A stretch of 54,379 bases of DNA, from assembly GCA_002633005.1 (NCBI GenBank), contig NMRA01000025.1:941338-995716 (forward strand). Direction: 5' to 3'. Positions 29,720-44,100 of the stretch are shown piece after piece. The position numbers and the translations under genes were made by a program. The DNA is from Phoronis australis (Eukaryota; Animalia; Phoronida). Each line of letters opens with the position of its first letter. Within the stretch, counting starts at the first letter, position 1. Under the pieces are notes generated by a model. The model did no database searches. It saw only the letters and a list, made by a program, of their open reading frames with translations, and was not told the origin of the DNA.

Positions 29720-32700
29720 TGGGACAATTCTTGTACACTCTGTAAGAGAATCCGTTTGAAATAGCAGCAATACCTACTCTGACGTCTTCATAGAAATGCC
29801 AACCTCTGATTTTTTAATGTTCGCTACAACAAACGCGTCTGTATACAAATATATCCGTGGAACATCGACAAAAAGGGGGGGGGGTATCTTTGTACACGTC
29901 TTTATAGATTTTAACGTGGAGGTACAGCTGAACGTTGCACTCTTGTTCTAGTTCAAAGCCCAATGAACTTTATTATTTTTGAAGCTTGAATTTTTAGCCT
30001 TTTGTTCTGCTTTGGGTAAGAACGCCAGGCTTTCCCGCAATTCCTCTGTCAGCTACAAAATGTATTTTGGTGATGAAATTTTCTATGCTCTCACTTGCTA
30101 TTTCTCTATGTCGTCTCTTTGGTCCTCTTGGATCATGTGCCTTCTCTTTCTTCCTACTGAATACAATCGGTCTGCACTGACTTGGTGTAAGGTTCTTGTC
30201 ATGGCAACTATGTTTTTCCTTGCTGTACCGTAAAGTCTTATGCAGCTTCTACTTTGAAAACCTCTGTAAGCCTTGAAATATATTTTTGGCAACAAAGTTG
30301 TCAGAGGTCACATTGGATAGTTTTATTTCGTGTTTTCCTTTGTTTGATCGTCCTGGAACGTGTACCTTCTCTTTCTCCCACTGACTTGGCGTATGATTCC
30401 TGATATGGCATCTATCATTGTCCTTCCTGAGCTGAAAAGTCTTATGCAACTTCGACTAAGAAAATCCATATCCAGAACCACAAAATCAAGTAATTGTGTC
30501 TCAGCATTTTGTTCAGCATTGGAAAAGGACGTCAGACTTCTCAGATTTTTGTTTCAGCTTGGCAATTCTAGCCAGAGATTTTATGAGCTCAGCTTACATA
30601 GTTGCTAATTCGATTTCTTGTCTGTTTAGTCCACTGTATTAGGTGTCTTCTCTTTCTTTCCACTTAACAACAGAGGACTCCACTGACGTGGCGTATGATT
30701 CTTGCCATGGCCTTTATATTTGTCTCTGTAGAACCGCAAAGTCTCGTGCAGCTTCTACTTAAAAAACCCACATCCACCTCACCATAAAGAAGTTGTTCCT
30801 CAGGCGAGAGTATTTCAAGGTCCTATGTTCAAGATTTTCATCTATCCTAGTCTACAACGAAACAGAAAGCTCAATCGTAATGAGTTTATGGAAACTGTTA
30901 GTATAGATGACGAAATCAGGGCGCTGTGTAGGCTAAACTATGTTCCACAGTAATGATACCTGGTGCCTGGTGACATCAGTTGCCATATTTAAACATTACT
31001 TGTACTTTTCTCAAGTCCACACAATATTTTGTTGGCTTCTCGCCATTTTCTATCCAACAAGCACGTGATCTTATGAAAGAGCTTTAAGCTCGTCTGCTGA
31101 GTTCCTGTTGCTGAGATTGTAGATCCTTGTAAATATTACTAAAACATCGTCATGATGATGATGATCCAAAAATCATGCAATAGTTAAAATAGGACTTCCA
31201 AATGGGCTTTCTCAGCAGATATCTATCTGTTTTTTTCTTTTTAGAACACTAGTAAATAGTAAATCCCCTCACTTTCATCAAAAGGACGTCAAGGAATAAA
31301 TTGTTCTCAATAGTAAAGAGATAGTTCCCCATCCGGTATCTGATTTATGTTGTCAAAATTGTAAATCAATGCAGCATATTCCTTTCTCACTTCGTAAAAA
31401 ATCTCTTTAACTTTCTTTATATATTCTATGCCTTGGAGGACTGATGCATTTAATTTCCAAAACCCTTTACCAGATGAGAAATTATTAAGTTGTATGGTCA
31501 TAGTAATCATTGAATGGTCAGTTCTATAGCCAGGTATTATCTCCGTTCATCTGAAACGAGAGAAAAATCTAATCTTGACTTTTTGACAGGGTTCAGTTTG
31601 CGCCATGTGTAGCCAGTAGCGTTTGGGTTACAAACACGCCAGGGATCTGTTAAATTTAAAACCTCTTTCATGACTTCAACCATGTTTTTGGCATTGGGGT
31701 TATTACTATTTTTATAATTGAAACAATCTATTTCAAAATTCTGCTCGATATTCCAATCACCACGTAGCTCGATGCTTTACTGGACATTTACGTTCACACT
31801 GGATACAGCACGGGTTATTTAGGAAGATTGCTGACTGTGGGCAGCATTTCAGAAATATCTAGCTAAACCTTTGCCTTAAGTGCGGGACATCTTCCATTAC
31901 ATTGTTCATTTGAGCCCATGTAAAACTTTATTGCATTTCATTCGTGCCCCTTCCTGAGCTACCGGAACTCATTCTGCGCACGTCTTCTCGTTCTCCGACT
32001 ATCTGACCGCCCTGACCATTCGGTCGTAGTAGTGTGTTGCTTCTTTTCATTGTTGACTTCTCAGTCTGTTAGCCTAATCCGTGTCTAACCTCAAAACCTG
32101 TGGCTGATAATTGCTTCTGTATTAGATGGCTTTCTGCTTCACTAACTAGTGATGGGTTTGTCCCCTTTCTTGTACACTATGTAAGAAATTCCGTTCGAAA
32201 TAGCAGCTAACCCTTTTCTGACATTTCTGCATTATTGTAAACTTCCGATTTCTTAATATACGCCAGAGCAAATGCTTCTGTATAAATATGTGATTCGATA
32301 CATCAAACACCGACAAAGAGGGGTATCAAAGAGGTGTATCATTTGACTCGTCTTTATAGATTTTGACGAGGTGGTTTTATAAGTCCTACGTAATGGTGAA
32401 AATTCCACTCTTGTTCTTGTCCAAAGCCTAATGAACCATTCTATTTTTAATAGCTTGACATTTTAGCATTTCGTTCAGCTTTGAAAAAAAGACTTCAGAA
32501 TTTCACGGCTTCTTAATTCAGCTTGGCAATGTATTCTGACCAAGGATTTTTCTGAGGTCAGATTAAATAGTTGTTAATTCGCTTTGTAGACTGTCTGGTC
32601 TCCTGTATTAGGTGCCTTCTCTTTCTTCCCACTGAACAAAGGTGGTCTACACTGACTTGGGGTATGATTCCACCCATGGCCTTTATATTTGTCTCTGCTG

Positions 32701-33400
32701 AACCGCAAAGTCTCGTGCAACTTGTGCTTAGAAAACCCATCCCGTCATAAGGAAGCTCCTCCGGTCAGTTACACCATGGGTCATTTAGAAAGATCGCTGA
32801 CTGTGGGAAGCAGGTCAGCAAGATGTTATGAAAGATATTTCTGTAAGTGAGGAGACATTTTCCATTACTTTGTTCACTTTGATCCCCTATAAAACTTTAC
32901 CTCACTCCACCCATGCCCCTCCCTCGGCTACCGGAACTCCTTCTGTGAAAGTCCTTACGCTCCCCGACTGTCTGACCTCTTTGCTTATTAAGTCTGATCC
33001 GTGACTTTTTTCTTTTCGTTGTTGACTTCTCAGTCTATAAGTCTAATCTATGTCCACCTTCGCAAGCTGTGGCTAATAAGCGCTTCTGCATTAAACTTAT
33101 TTCTGTTTCGCTGACTGGTGATGCAGCGGGCCCCTTTCCTTTGGACAGTTCTTGCACACTTTGTATGAGGTTCTGCTTGAAATAGCAGCTAAAAGTATTT
33201 TGACATCTTCGTAGACAAGTCAACTTCTCATTTCTTAATGTCCAACAAAGCGAACTCTTTTGATACATTTTGACGACGTGGTTTCATAAGTCCTTCTGGG
33301 CACAGGTGCACGTTCTACTCTTGTTCCTACCCAAAGCCTAATGAACATTTCTATATTTTTCGCATCTCGAGTTGTTTAGCATTTTGTTCTACTTTGGACA
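29720..33400. repeat. Complex diverged direct repeats surrounding the LINE fragment
   Basis: Block A recurs at ~29720-30020, ~32160-32480 and ~33145-33390; block B at ~30120-30260, ~30350-30470, ~30625-30775 and ~32595-32740; block C at ~31820-32150 and ~32780-33120. Confidence 0.7.
31200..31765 (-). pseudogene. Decayed L1/Tx1-type LINE ORF2 APE endonuclease fragment
   Basis: Minus strand reads GDWNI..DCFNYKNSNNPNA..LNLTDPWRVCNPNATGYTWRKLNPVKKSRLDF, then after a frameshift IIPGYRTDHSMI..GKGFWKLNASVL: typical GDFN/DxWR/YTW/SRLDF/DH/WKLN motifs. Confidence 0.88.
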
Positions 33401-33794
33401 GAAACGTCAGACGTTCGCAATCTTCCTCCGTCTACTATGAAATGTATTCCGTCGGCAGAGTTTTCTGAGCTCCCATTGGATAGCAGTTATTTCTCCTTGA
33501 CGTGCTGAGAAATCAGAGATGTCTGTTCCCTGTTGTTTTTTAATTTGATTTGGCAACAACCAAATAAAGGCCGTATTTATTCCAGTTGCTTTATGTTTGA
33601 CAGCTATCTTCCGATAAGTTAAAAACAGCTCGCGTGCTTTGGGAATTCTAGGTAGCATGATGGGACTTGATATGAGATGGTCAAAATTGCAGCTCAATTT
33701 AATCCTGATGTCTTGAAGTTTAGTGCGGAACAGAAACGTTACGAACGCAGGTCTGGAGGCAAACGAAAACATTTCATTTTTAAGCTCTATTTAT

Positions 33795-36490
33795 CTCAAA
33801 GCAACTTTAGAACAGACCATTATTTTGAATCTTATTGAATGAAAACTACTCACATATCCAACTATGAATCGCTCTGTTTCTCTTTCGAAGAGAGAATGAT
33901 GTCTAAGTTACTGCGTGACGTCAGAGTCTATGATGTCACAGTTTATGACATCACCACAACGTTTCATTCGCTTGTTCAGTAGAACGTCATTTTTGACATT
34001 TCGGACCCAAATGATACAAATTAGGCTTGATTTACGCAGGGCTTTAAATAAATAAGCATGTGAAAATTTATTACCTGTCCATGGACCTGCTCTATTCTAA
34101 TCCTTCTCAAGTCCTCGGGAGTATGCACTGATTACAACCATTTTCATAGCACACCGATAAATCGAAACATTTAAATATTTATTCATTTATCTATTGTAAT
34201 ATTCACAATTTGGATAGCCTCTTCAATGTCAGGACTGCTTTCCCAGAAGGCCCTCAACAACAGAATCTAATACAGTACAATATAATGTAATAAAGTTGTC
34301 AAAAACAATTAAATACAGGGAACAAAGTAACAATGAAAACAAGAATAAAATAATAAATGCATGGCGAAAGATGATTAAATTCGACCACGTGACACGAAAT
34401 TAAATAAAGAGATGATACTAAATAGTGAGAGTATTTACAGTAATGAAAAATGACATAATTAGGACAGGTGCAGATGTAAGAATGGGTAAATAAATTACAT
34501 TTGTTTACACTAATAAAGATTACACAACAGCAGGAAGGGTGAGGTATGGAAACAAATAGTTGAATTAATTAGTCTAGATTACTGTTACTATGTTAAAAGA
34601 CGCCGCTGAAAACGCTAGCATTAAAAAATCTTCACCACCATCACGGGTTCAATAAATAAATTTGACAATCGTGACTCTATTGTAAAAACTATTAGCAAAA
34701 TATTTGGAGACTGTTTCGGGAGCATTACCCTGTACTCGAGAAAGAATCATTTCTTAATCATATACAGGGTGACGTAACTTTTTCACAAAAATACTATAAA
34801 ATATGACTAGCAGAGAACTTACTGGAATCTGGATAATTTCAGAATTCCAAAAATTACAAAGTTCCTCCCACAAAGCGCAGGAGTTAAGGAAAATGTGACT
34901 GTTGACTCTAAGTGCAAAAAATGATCAATGGCGAATACATTTTTCAGACTAGTCTAAGCACTGCTAACTCTTACAGCTTTCGCATGCTCCACTGAGTGAG
35001 TACTTGCTGTACCATTCAACTACCTTGTACTCCTTCCCGTGTTCAAACTGAACACAATTTTACTACAGAAACTCATCAGCTTTGTTAAAAATCCTCCTTA
35101 TCTGCGATGGAGCTGCATAAGCGGCACCTGGTGCCAAAACTAGAAAACTGTTGTTTCTAGCAATTGTGGCAACTTTTCCAACTTTCACACGCTGCAAAAC
35201 AAACTTGTGCTTCCTGAAATATGCAAAATCGTTAATAATTCCATATGAAACTGTAAACTACGCAGTGTTCAGTTCAATCTTCACGTCTTCAAATTAAAAG
35301 TAGCGCAGAAACGGGGGGAATGCAGAAATGGCGTTACGCGAAATCACTACTTTTTACACAATTTCATGTTTAGGCTCTAATACATGAAAGCAACTTTAGA
35401 ATCAATACAGAGTACAGTTATTTGAATGTTACCCTATGAAAACAACTCACATGTCTAATTTAGAACCGCTCTGTTACTCTTTCGCAGTTAATGGTCTCTA
35501 AGTTACGGCGTGACGTCAAAGTCTATGATGCCATAGTCTTTGATATCATCACAATTTATTCACGTGTTTCCTACGACGTCATTTTGACAGTTTAACATTT
35601 TGACCTTCTCAATCTGAACCAAAATACCAACATACGAAAATATTAGGTAACTGCGTTTCTCCAATCTGTACATGTAGATTCAGTACAGACACGTCATCAC
35701 TAACGACCTGAATGTATTCTTGCTTAAGGATATGCCTGACTTCATTCACCAGAGCTTTCATAATGCATCGTTAATGCTAAATGCATTTATACCGATACCG
35801 ATATATTTGATGGTCTGCAAGTTCAGACGCTGGTGCATAATGTCACCGTGAAACACGTGGATTAGTAAAGCGAACATAACAACACCTCTAGATCAGACCT
35901 ATTGATTGTAAGAGAGATGATTGCTTTTCAACTCTATAAGTATAGTTCAAAAACCAAATGAGCTTAGATAATGCATAACAAGTGTCAAAAGTAACTTCCA
36001 GCGCGGACAGAGGTAAATATATGCAATCAATTAGACGCTGACATTCGGCTGACTATAAAAAATTATTAGTAAGAATTAAAACTGGGGAAACCTGAGGCTT
36101 TGACATAACAAGATTACACTAACGCTGTGGACCCCTACACAAGCTACAACCTATCTACTTTATCTGTTTTGGTATTTCAATCTTTATTTAACACGACTTG
36201 ATTAAACTAAAAGTGTATTTTATTGCTCATGGATCTTTATTTTTAAAAAGTACAAACAAAACTAGAAAGCAACTATGGAACCAATACAGGAAACAATTAT
36301 TTCGAATGTAACTGAATAAAAACAACTCACATGTCCAACTTTGACCCGCTCTGTTCCTCTTTCGCAGAGGTAATGGTCTCTAAGTTACTGCGTGACGTCA
36401 AAGTCTATGATGTCATTACAACAATTTATTCGCTTGTTTAGCATGAAGACACTTGATTTTGAAGTTTTTAACCCTCTCAATCTGAATCGA
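33795..36490 (+). repeat. Three dispersed direct copies of a repeat of about 220 bp (~33795-34010, ~35385-35620, ~36265-36490)
   Basis: Shared AAAGCAACT..GAA, ACTCACAT, CGCTCTGTT.CTCTTTCG and TAAGTTAC.GCGTGACGTCA.AGTCTATGATG. Confidence 0.8.
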
Positions 36491-37225
36491 AAAAGAAACG
36501 TATGCATATTTTGTGAAAAAGTAAGTGCATTTCTATTTCTATTTGTAGATCCGAAGTAGATACTAACTTTACCACTAAACATACGAATTATTTCAATTAA
36601 GGATATGTCAAAACTTATTAACAAAATGACCGTTTTTTAATAGTCTACATAATTATGTCGTACAGTGAAAAGGCAACTACAAACTTGAACCAGCTCTGGT
36701 TTATGCTCCATCTGGTCACCGGCATACAATTGCAAACGATAACGCAAGATCATTCTCTTCAGAAGCCAGAATTTCAGGTTTGGTTTCAGGGCCGTGACGT
36801 CGTAGGCCTACACCTTAGGCCTAAAAATGATCCGGCTTCGAACGGGGCCACCGCCGGTAATATAGGCTACCGGAGTAACGAACAGTCGTTCAGTCAAGCT
36901 TGACGAAAGTCGTTATTAGTATGAAAAGGAGCTTTACAAAGGTTCCTAATACAATACCGACGTACTCCAATAGATTCAGATTATTCATCGAGTCAACTTG
37001 TCGATGGACATAGTTGGATATCTTATTAGGCCTACCGTCGCCGGCTGCTGCATTGTACCGTAGAGAGTCCAGAGGTGTCAATGCAGAAGTCACAGTCTTA
37101 TAAGTAGAACAGTCTCGGCTCTCTCATCATCTTACAAAGTTAGGGCAGCCTGCTAGGCCGCTCTAATGTGGCCCAGCCAAAGCGAAATAAGGAACCTCGT
37201 TGCGTAGCCGCCATACACGTTCTGC

Positions 37226-37296
37226 CGTGCGTAACTATGAACGTGCGTAACTGTGAACGTGCGTAACGGAACGTGCGTAACTGTGAACGTGCGTAA
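37226..37296 (+). repeat. 16-bp tandem repeat, about 4.5 copies
   Basis: Unit GTGCGTAACTGTGAAC. Confidence 0.9.
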
Positions 37297-39332
37297 GCGA
37301 CTATCTCCGAGAACTTTACAGGGCTTGCGAAGTCTACGAAATTGATCGCGCATGCACAGCACGGGACGCACAAGCACGCACGCGGCCGGGCACGCCTTTG
37401 GACTCAAACATTCTGAGTAAATAAAACAGCATTTTCACGAAAGACGTCGCTCTAGGCGGCTGGCTTAGCCTACTATACGTAGTAAATGGGGTAAACAGTT
37501 GCGTTTTTATTTTCTATATTACACAGTTTCCCAAAAGACATGGCTCTAGTCGGCCAGTGTTGGCTTACGTAGTAAATGCCTCTAACGGTTACAGCAAACC
37601 TCGGTTACGTCTTCGACAGGTTCGCTGTAACGACGCTCGATTGTACATGAATGACGCGAATTTCGAATTGCCCAGTTTTCGAATTCCCACGTCATTGCTT
37701 TTGGCCCAAAAGTGACGTTGTACTTCGTTTAGTCCCGAGACATGTTCGACAGTGATGGTTGTAGGAATTAAGGCCCAGGTGTAACTAAGGTGGTTTCAAA
37801 TCACTCTCACTCCCAGTAGTACTTCTGGCGGATCGGCCGAGCAATCTCAATTTTCGAAAGAAAACAGTCCTCTTAACATCTAAAAACGACATGCCGGAGG
37901 CGCTTTTTTGGTTGTGTTCCGGAAGGGGTGGGGTCCTCCTTTGTAATAATCGCCAGAACTAAAGCAACTATGAACACACCTTCCGTGACAGAAACCAATT
38001 TTGATTTAGCCAATTACGATTAAGAAATGGTCTCAAGCTGTCCTTACCTAAATAGGTGTGACTTCGCTGTGTCAGGCATTCATTCAAAATTACACATCTT
38101 TGTATCTTAATTAGACTTTTGGTGCCCTTTGATATAATAACATTCAGTAAAAATTCAAATTATAAAAAATGTAATGCGACTTCAAATTCCCATGAGAAAT
38201 TTGCAGATAAAGGTTTTCCGACAGATAGAAAGTGAGCAAGGTTTATAATGTACTGCTGATACTTCACTACATTGGAGGCAGTTTAGGATTTTGCATAGAA
38301 ATCTAGAAATAAACGCATTTCTTCAAAAGCAAAAATACGTGATACTCATACATGTATAGGACACCGTAAACCAGAGACATGGGAACACATTTTAACAATT
38401 ATGCTACTACTAAACAAAGTGGCTTCTGGAAAATTTTCACAAAGAGACAATGGTATTAAATATGGAACACCTGTTGCATAGTTGGCAACATTCGAGAATA
38501 AAAAAAAAAACGGGACAACTGGATTTAAAAACAGGACATGCGGATAAAAAGCGGGACATCTGGGTCAATGCCAAAACGCAAAGGTGAAATGTTCGCGGCA
38601 TAGCGGGAACAATCAAAAAGCGGGACAATCCGCCAAGAGCGGAACAACTGGCAAGTACAATGTACACTGTATGTAACAAAATATTGGATTGGTGTACCTC
38701 TACAGCTGGAGTATCACTTCTAACCATGATTTTTCTCAAATAGTTTGCCTAAATTCCAGGCAGAGTTGCACACCATTTTTTAATTTTTCTCAGCTATCAA
38801 TCTAGTCCATTGTTAAGCGTTCGAAGCCTTTTGTCTGGCATCATGACAATTATATACAATGACAAACACGTTAAAGGTGAACACATCAGTCCCCACTGAA
38901 ATACAGGTCAAATAAACGAAATCGAAGTTTTTTACAGTACTTTAATTCTTGGGAGGACTATTACCCACACTTAACTTTTCATTAATAATTCAAATTCAGA
39001 AGTAAAACAGTTAAAATCACTTCAGTGTATGATATTGCAATGTATTTCAGTCAGTTTTTTATTGCTGTAAGGTCATCATCAATACATTATTGCTCTTCTC
39101 CACGCAACGGGAACTTGGAGCAGGTCTCATAATCAGAAATGATGACGCCAGCCGTTCCTCTACACGGTGCCACGCAATGGGCAGAGTTTCTAAAGTTTGC
39201 ATCTGGGCAGTAACGCACATGGGTACTAGATTTCAGGACCAGTTTTGTGCCGTTATTTATTGGAGAAATCTGGTTCTCAAAATGCGGGACCCAGTAAGTG
39301 ACTAATACCCACTTCTTTACTAATACATCTGT

Positions 39333-39765
39333 GGCCGGTTGCATGAAACAGTCCAAAATAGGGACTCCACTGAGTTCCCAAAATCTACTGCGTAATTGTG
39401 AACTTGTGAAAACACCAATTGTCCTTTCTTATGCTGTTTCGAGTTTCATTACCAAGTCAATTTTTGGTTTTGTTTCAAAAATTTAGAGTGAACTCTCAGT
39501 GAATTCTCAATAGAGCCGAAAATAAATAGGGGTCTTTTCATGCAACGCCCCTAACTTAAGGACTAAGTCGCTATTTATTTTCATCGAAGTCAGGGCTCAA
39601 TTTTTAGTTATGTTATTAGAAAATTTCATTAGTCAAAGAGGAGCTCATAATGAAGATGAAATTATAGAAAATGACAACATCTGCGAGTAAAGTAAGACAC
39701 AAACAGGCAAAAGACTAAGGGGACTTATTTGAGTCCCTATTTGGGACTGTTTCACGCAACCAGGC
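39333..39765. mobile_element. MITE with imperfect TIR of about 45 bp
   Basis: GGTTGCATGAAACAGTCCAAAATAGGGACTC / GAGTCCCTATTTGGGACTGTTTCACGCAACC. Confidence 0.7.
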
Positions 39766-41028
39766 ATTGGAGATAGAAGGACATGCACTGAAGCCACAAT
39801 GTTATCAAATTCTCGCCCTTACTCAATTCTGTACGTCCACATTGGTGTTTAGGTCTTAACTGCTGTTAACTTTATCCCCACACAAATTTGTGAACAGAAA
39901 ACTGGAACAAGTCACAAGCAACAGGAATAAATGCATAAAAACTGGAGAATTCTACATCTTCTTCTTCCCTCTATTTTCAGTTACAATGTCCCAGTTAAGA
40001 ATTATGCCTACATTCATAAATATGGCAATAATTTTAGGGCTCAAAGAAAAGACAAGTCAGGGAAACTTAAAACAAATGTTAATAAACAATGGTGCAAAGC
40101 TAAAGTCAAAGTTAAAGAACAATCACAAAGGCAGCTGTGGTTTCACTTCTCTGACAGTTCTGTGACCTCTGACCTCCAAAATGCAGAGTAAATAATTGTA
40201 TTCAAACATCTCCTGTTTTCAGTCAGAGCCAAAGTGGTTTTATGAACTCACTACTAACCTTTCCTCTTATGAGACACCCCAACCCCAGGATGAATTAAGA
40301 AGACAGCGGATGATTGTGTTGACATGTACTTTCTTGGCACCTTGTTAAAGTGATATTGAGCACTATGTTGGTAAAAAGACTATTGTCTAGGATATTTTAT
40401 CTCGCACAACAACGACTGTCGAATGTTTTGAAATGCATCACAAAAACTAGAGTAGTGAAATAACACACTGAACCTCCACATCTTGTTTTCTATGGGTCAT
40501 ACTGTTATACTGACCGAGGTCAGAATGGAGGTCATAGTAAGTATTTTATTTGTGGCTTAATAAACCACTTCAATCATTCTTATCTCATCTTAATTTGGAG
40601 TTTGTTGATTTTGATCCTTTGATGTTGAATTCAATACAAATTTAAGTTATTTTTATCAAACCATGTTTTTCAAAATCTCATGAAATATCCCGTAATTCTA
40701 CCTTCACTTTTCAGAAAAATCAAATATCTCTTTAGTGTCAATTCCTGACAACATGGGTTTCCAAATCCATTGTCTTTTGTCCAGCAAAACGATTAGCACA
40801 CCAGTTATTTCAGTCAGTATTTTACAATACCATAAAGTCATCGCTAATATGATAATGATCTGCTCCACAAAAAGGAACACAATGTTCAAGATATTGATGC
40901 TTGATACTACTAGCGGTCCGTGTACAAATCTACTGACAAAGTACACGGACCAACACACTCAGGTACAATACTCAGAGTTGATAAGTTGCAGCTCGCCAAG
41001 AGTTCTATCGACATTCAAAGTATGAGTC

Positions 41029-41115
41029 TCATGAGAAGGACAGCGTGTCCTTTAGAAATTTCCTCATTGTAGATCCCATGGATGCCGAAGATGGGCCTGT
41101 TGTTTGGTAGCTAAT
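41029..41115 (-). CDS. ATG101: ATG101 last coding exon
   Basis: [31 protein letters not shown]. Confidence 0.93.
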   Translation of the reverse strand: MSYQTTGPSSASMGSTMRKFLKDTLSFS

Positions 41116-44100
41116 CTGAAACATAATGGGGAAAACCAAGTGCATAATTAGTCACTTTCCAAATAGATTATCTTTTTGTGAAAGGTTTTTACCTGAGGTC
41201 ACGACTTTTTTTTAATTTTTAATTTTTTAACGAAGAAGCTTGTTTCATCAACTAACAAGGAGCAGCAGATAAATTCAAATATCAGAAACATCAAGCAGTT
41301 CTGGGCCCTGTAGCCTGATCACTGCAAAAATGACCACACTGTATGGAAACCTTCTGGCATCAATTTTCAACAAGTGAAAAATCCAGGATGCAATGCTCAC
41401 GAACTTCACGCAAGAATTTTTGAAAATGGGGCTTAGGCTTTTCAACTGCTGCCTACAATGATGCTTTGCCAGGTAAAGCAGATGTATTACTTAAATTAAC
41501 AGCTTCCAGTCCACAGGTTGGGTCTCCAAACAAGGCAGTAAACATGTTCTACTTTTAGTAGAATAAAGAATACGAGAACGGCAGATTTTTTACAATGTAT
41601 TTCAACAGGATAACAGAGCTTGACAACACATGTAAGGAGAAAAAACCTTCACTCTCACATTCACGCTTCCCAGCTCTGCTTGCACTTAAATTTTCAGTGA
41701 ATCTATAAGGGTATCAAATGTCAGGGGGTGATTTTTTTAGTTTTATACTCTTCCATATCTTAGCAATATCAATTATAAACAATCTAAGTACAGGGCTACA
41801 GATGGCCTAGGAACAAGTATACATAGAATATTTAATAGTATTACTTGCCACAAGACATCTCTTCATGCTTGTTTTAATTATATTTCACTGGTTGACAACA
41901 GGTTCCTTTTTGTTACTTTGTTTATAACCGCGCAATAGAGATGCGCAATTGCGTAAACACCATTTGTAACTGGCTTAAAATGAGTAACACAAAATGACAA
42001 ATGGAACCTTGATTTACACAAACCTTATGAAGATATGGTTGAACATCTGCCACAGAGGTGTCAAAAATGAGGTCAAGGTCACACTGATTAGGCATCTTGG
42101 GTATGTAGTTATATCTATTCATGGCCTCAGCAATGAACAGAAGCTTCTCACCGACAAGTTCACCGACTTTCTCACGCATCAATTGCCTCTCTACAATAAA
42201 AACAAGCTGAAGTCACTGGACAGAGTACCACAATTATTGAAAGGCACAATTACAGTGTCAGAGATAATTAATTTATATCACAAGTTTTGAGACGTCTGTA
42301 AAATAACAGTGTCGGGACACTGAAGATAACCATTTTCGTGAGCAAAATGTGCCAGAGCTGGGAAAAAATAGACTGCAAAGAGAATTGAGACGAATCTTTA
42401 ATACAAGGTAAGAATGACTTTTTGTTTGGATGAGTTATTTGCTTCGGATGTGCAACCAACTGAAGAAGGATCCTCACTGGGTTTTGACATTACAAAAATA
42501 CTTTGCGGATAATAACCATCCATAGAAAAGCTCACTACGTCAACAGATTTGATACTGCTTACAATCAGCTTGTTCGAAACAGAAAACCAGTTTGACGTTA
42601 AAGAAAATGACAAAACTGAGCCAGAGTGCTGAAAACAAATTTGCTGCATGTAAATTACAAGCCATACCAACAGGTACTAATAACACATCAGCATAAATAG
42701 TGATGACCTCTAAGGAAAGGAGCTTTCTAAAATTTTATTATTGAAATTCTATGGTAATGCATTCAAGTGACAGCAGTACACCTGGCAAATCATATTTTAC
42801 TTTCAGCAAATCTAGTATAAGCAACACAAACCTGGAGATTATATAAATGTCACGAAATTGCCATTAAAGGTACAACCCAACCACCAACTAGGTGATTAAC
42901 TGACCATGTTCGTTAGCCAGAGAGATTAGGTCCAGCTTTATTGTCCACACTTCCCATGGGATGCACTCATCAACAAAAGGCCATCGGGCACGCTTCTTCT
43001 GATAGAACTCCAGTGATATCTGCATGATAATGGTATTTATGGCACTCAACATCATAATGGTATTCATGGCACTCAAAATTATAATGGTATTCATGGCACT
43101 CAACATACATGCAGAATAATGGTGTTGATGGTGCTCAACATATATGCACGATCAATGCTGTAGTGGTAAAATTAGACGTAAGTAGGCACCCAAAGCGACC
43201 TTGAGCACTGAACTTAACTCACGGTGCATAGGCGCTACGTTTAAATGCCAAAAGGTGGTTGGCTGCACCTACGAGCGCCTACGCCCCACTACAGCGCTGT
43301 GCATGATAATGGTATTCATGGCGCTCAACATTCATGCATGATAATGGTGTTCATGACGCTAAACATACATGCAGGAATGCCACAGAGACAGTGTAAAGCA
43401 AATACAAAATTATGAATGTGAAGACTTCAAAGTTCTCAAAATGACATATCTTACACAGCTTTGCAGACTTGGCTTTCAAAGCACCATTTCTAGACTTTCT
43501 AATCAAACCAATAATCAAGAATGTTTACAGTGTTGTACAGTTTTTAAATGTGTGGCTTCCCTACTTTATGTACATGCGCGCACCCAGGGGGGCTCGGGGG
43601 GGCTCAAAGGAGCCCCTCATTTGGCAAAGTGGGCCTAAAGGTCCGCTTTAGAGAAACAAAAAGTTTGAGAAAACGAGACAAAAGTCCACTAAAAAGGCGC
43701 GAATGCACAATTCATAGGTCTGAACGTGGTACCCCATTTTTTGTCCCCCGTTTTTTTAAAAGGTTCATATTGTCAAAAATTCTAGCCCCCCCCCTATATT
43801 TTAGGCTGGATGAGCGCATGATATGCATTTCTCACAAGCCAACAGTCTTTAAAATTGAAGAACAACTGCTCAGTATCATTGACAGCTATTAAGAATCCTG
43901 CCTTAAACTTTCATGAGGACATTTTTTGCAAGAGCACTCATTAGAAACGTCAACTACACATCAACACTGACAGTGGCTTACAGAATAAGATTTTTGACTC
44001 GAGGGTCAATGTGGCACTGTCATTTGACCCATCAAGATCAACTTAATGAGAGTCCACAAACTGTAGATTGGATGACATCTCTAATCTCCTTAAGAATGGG

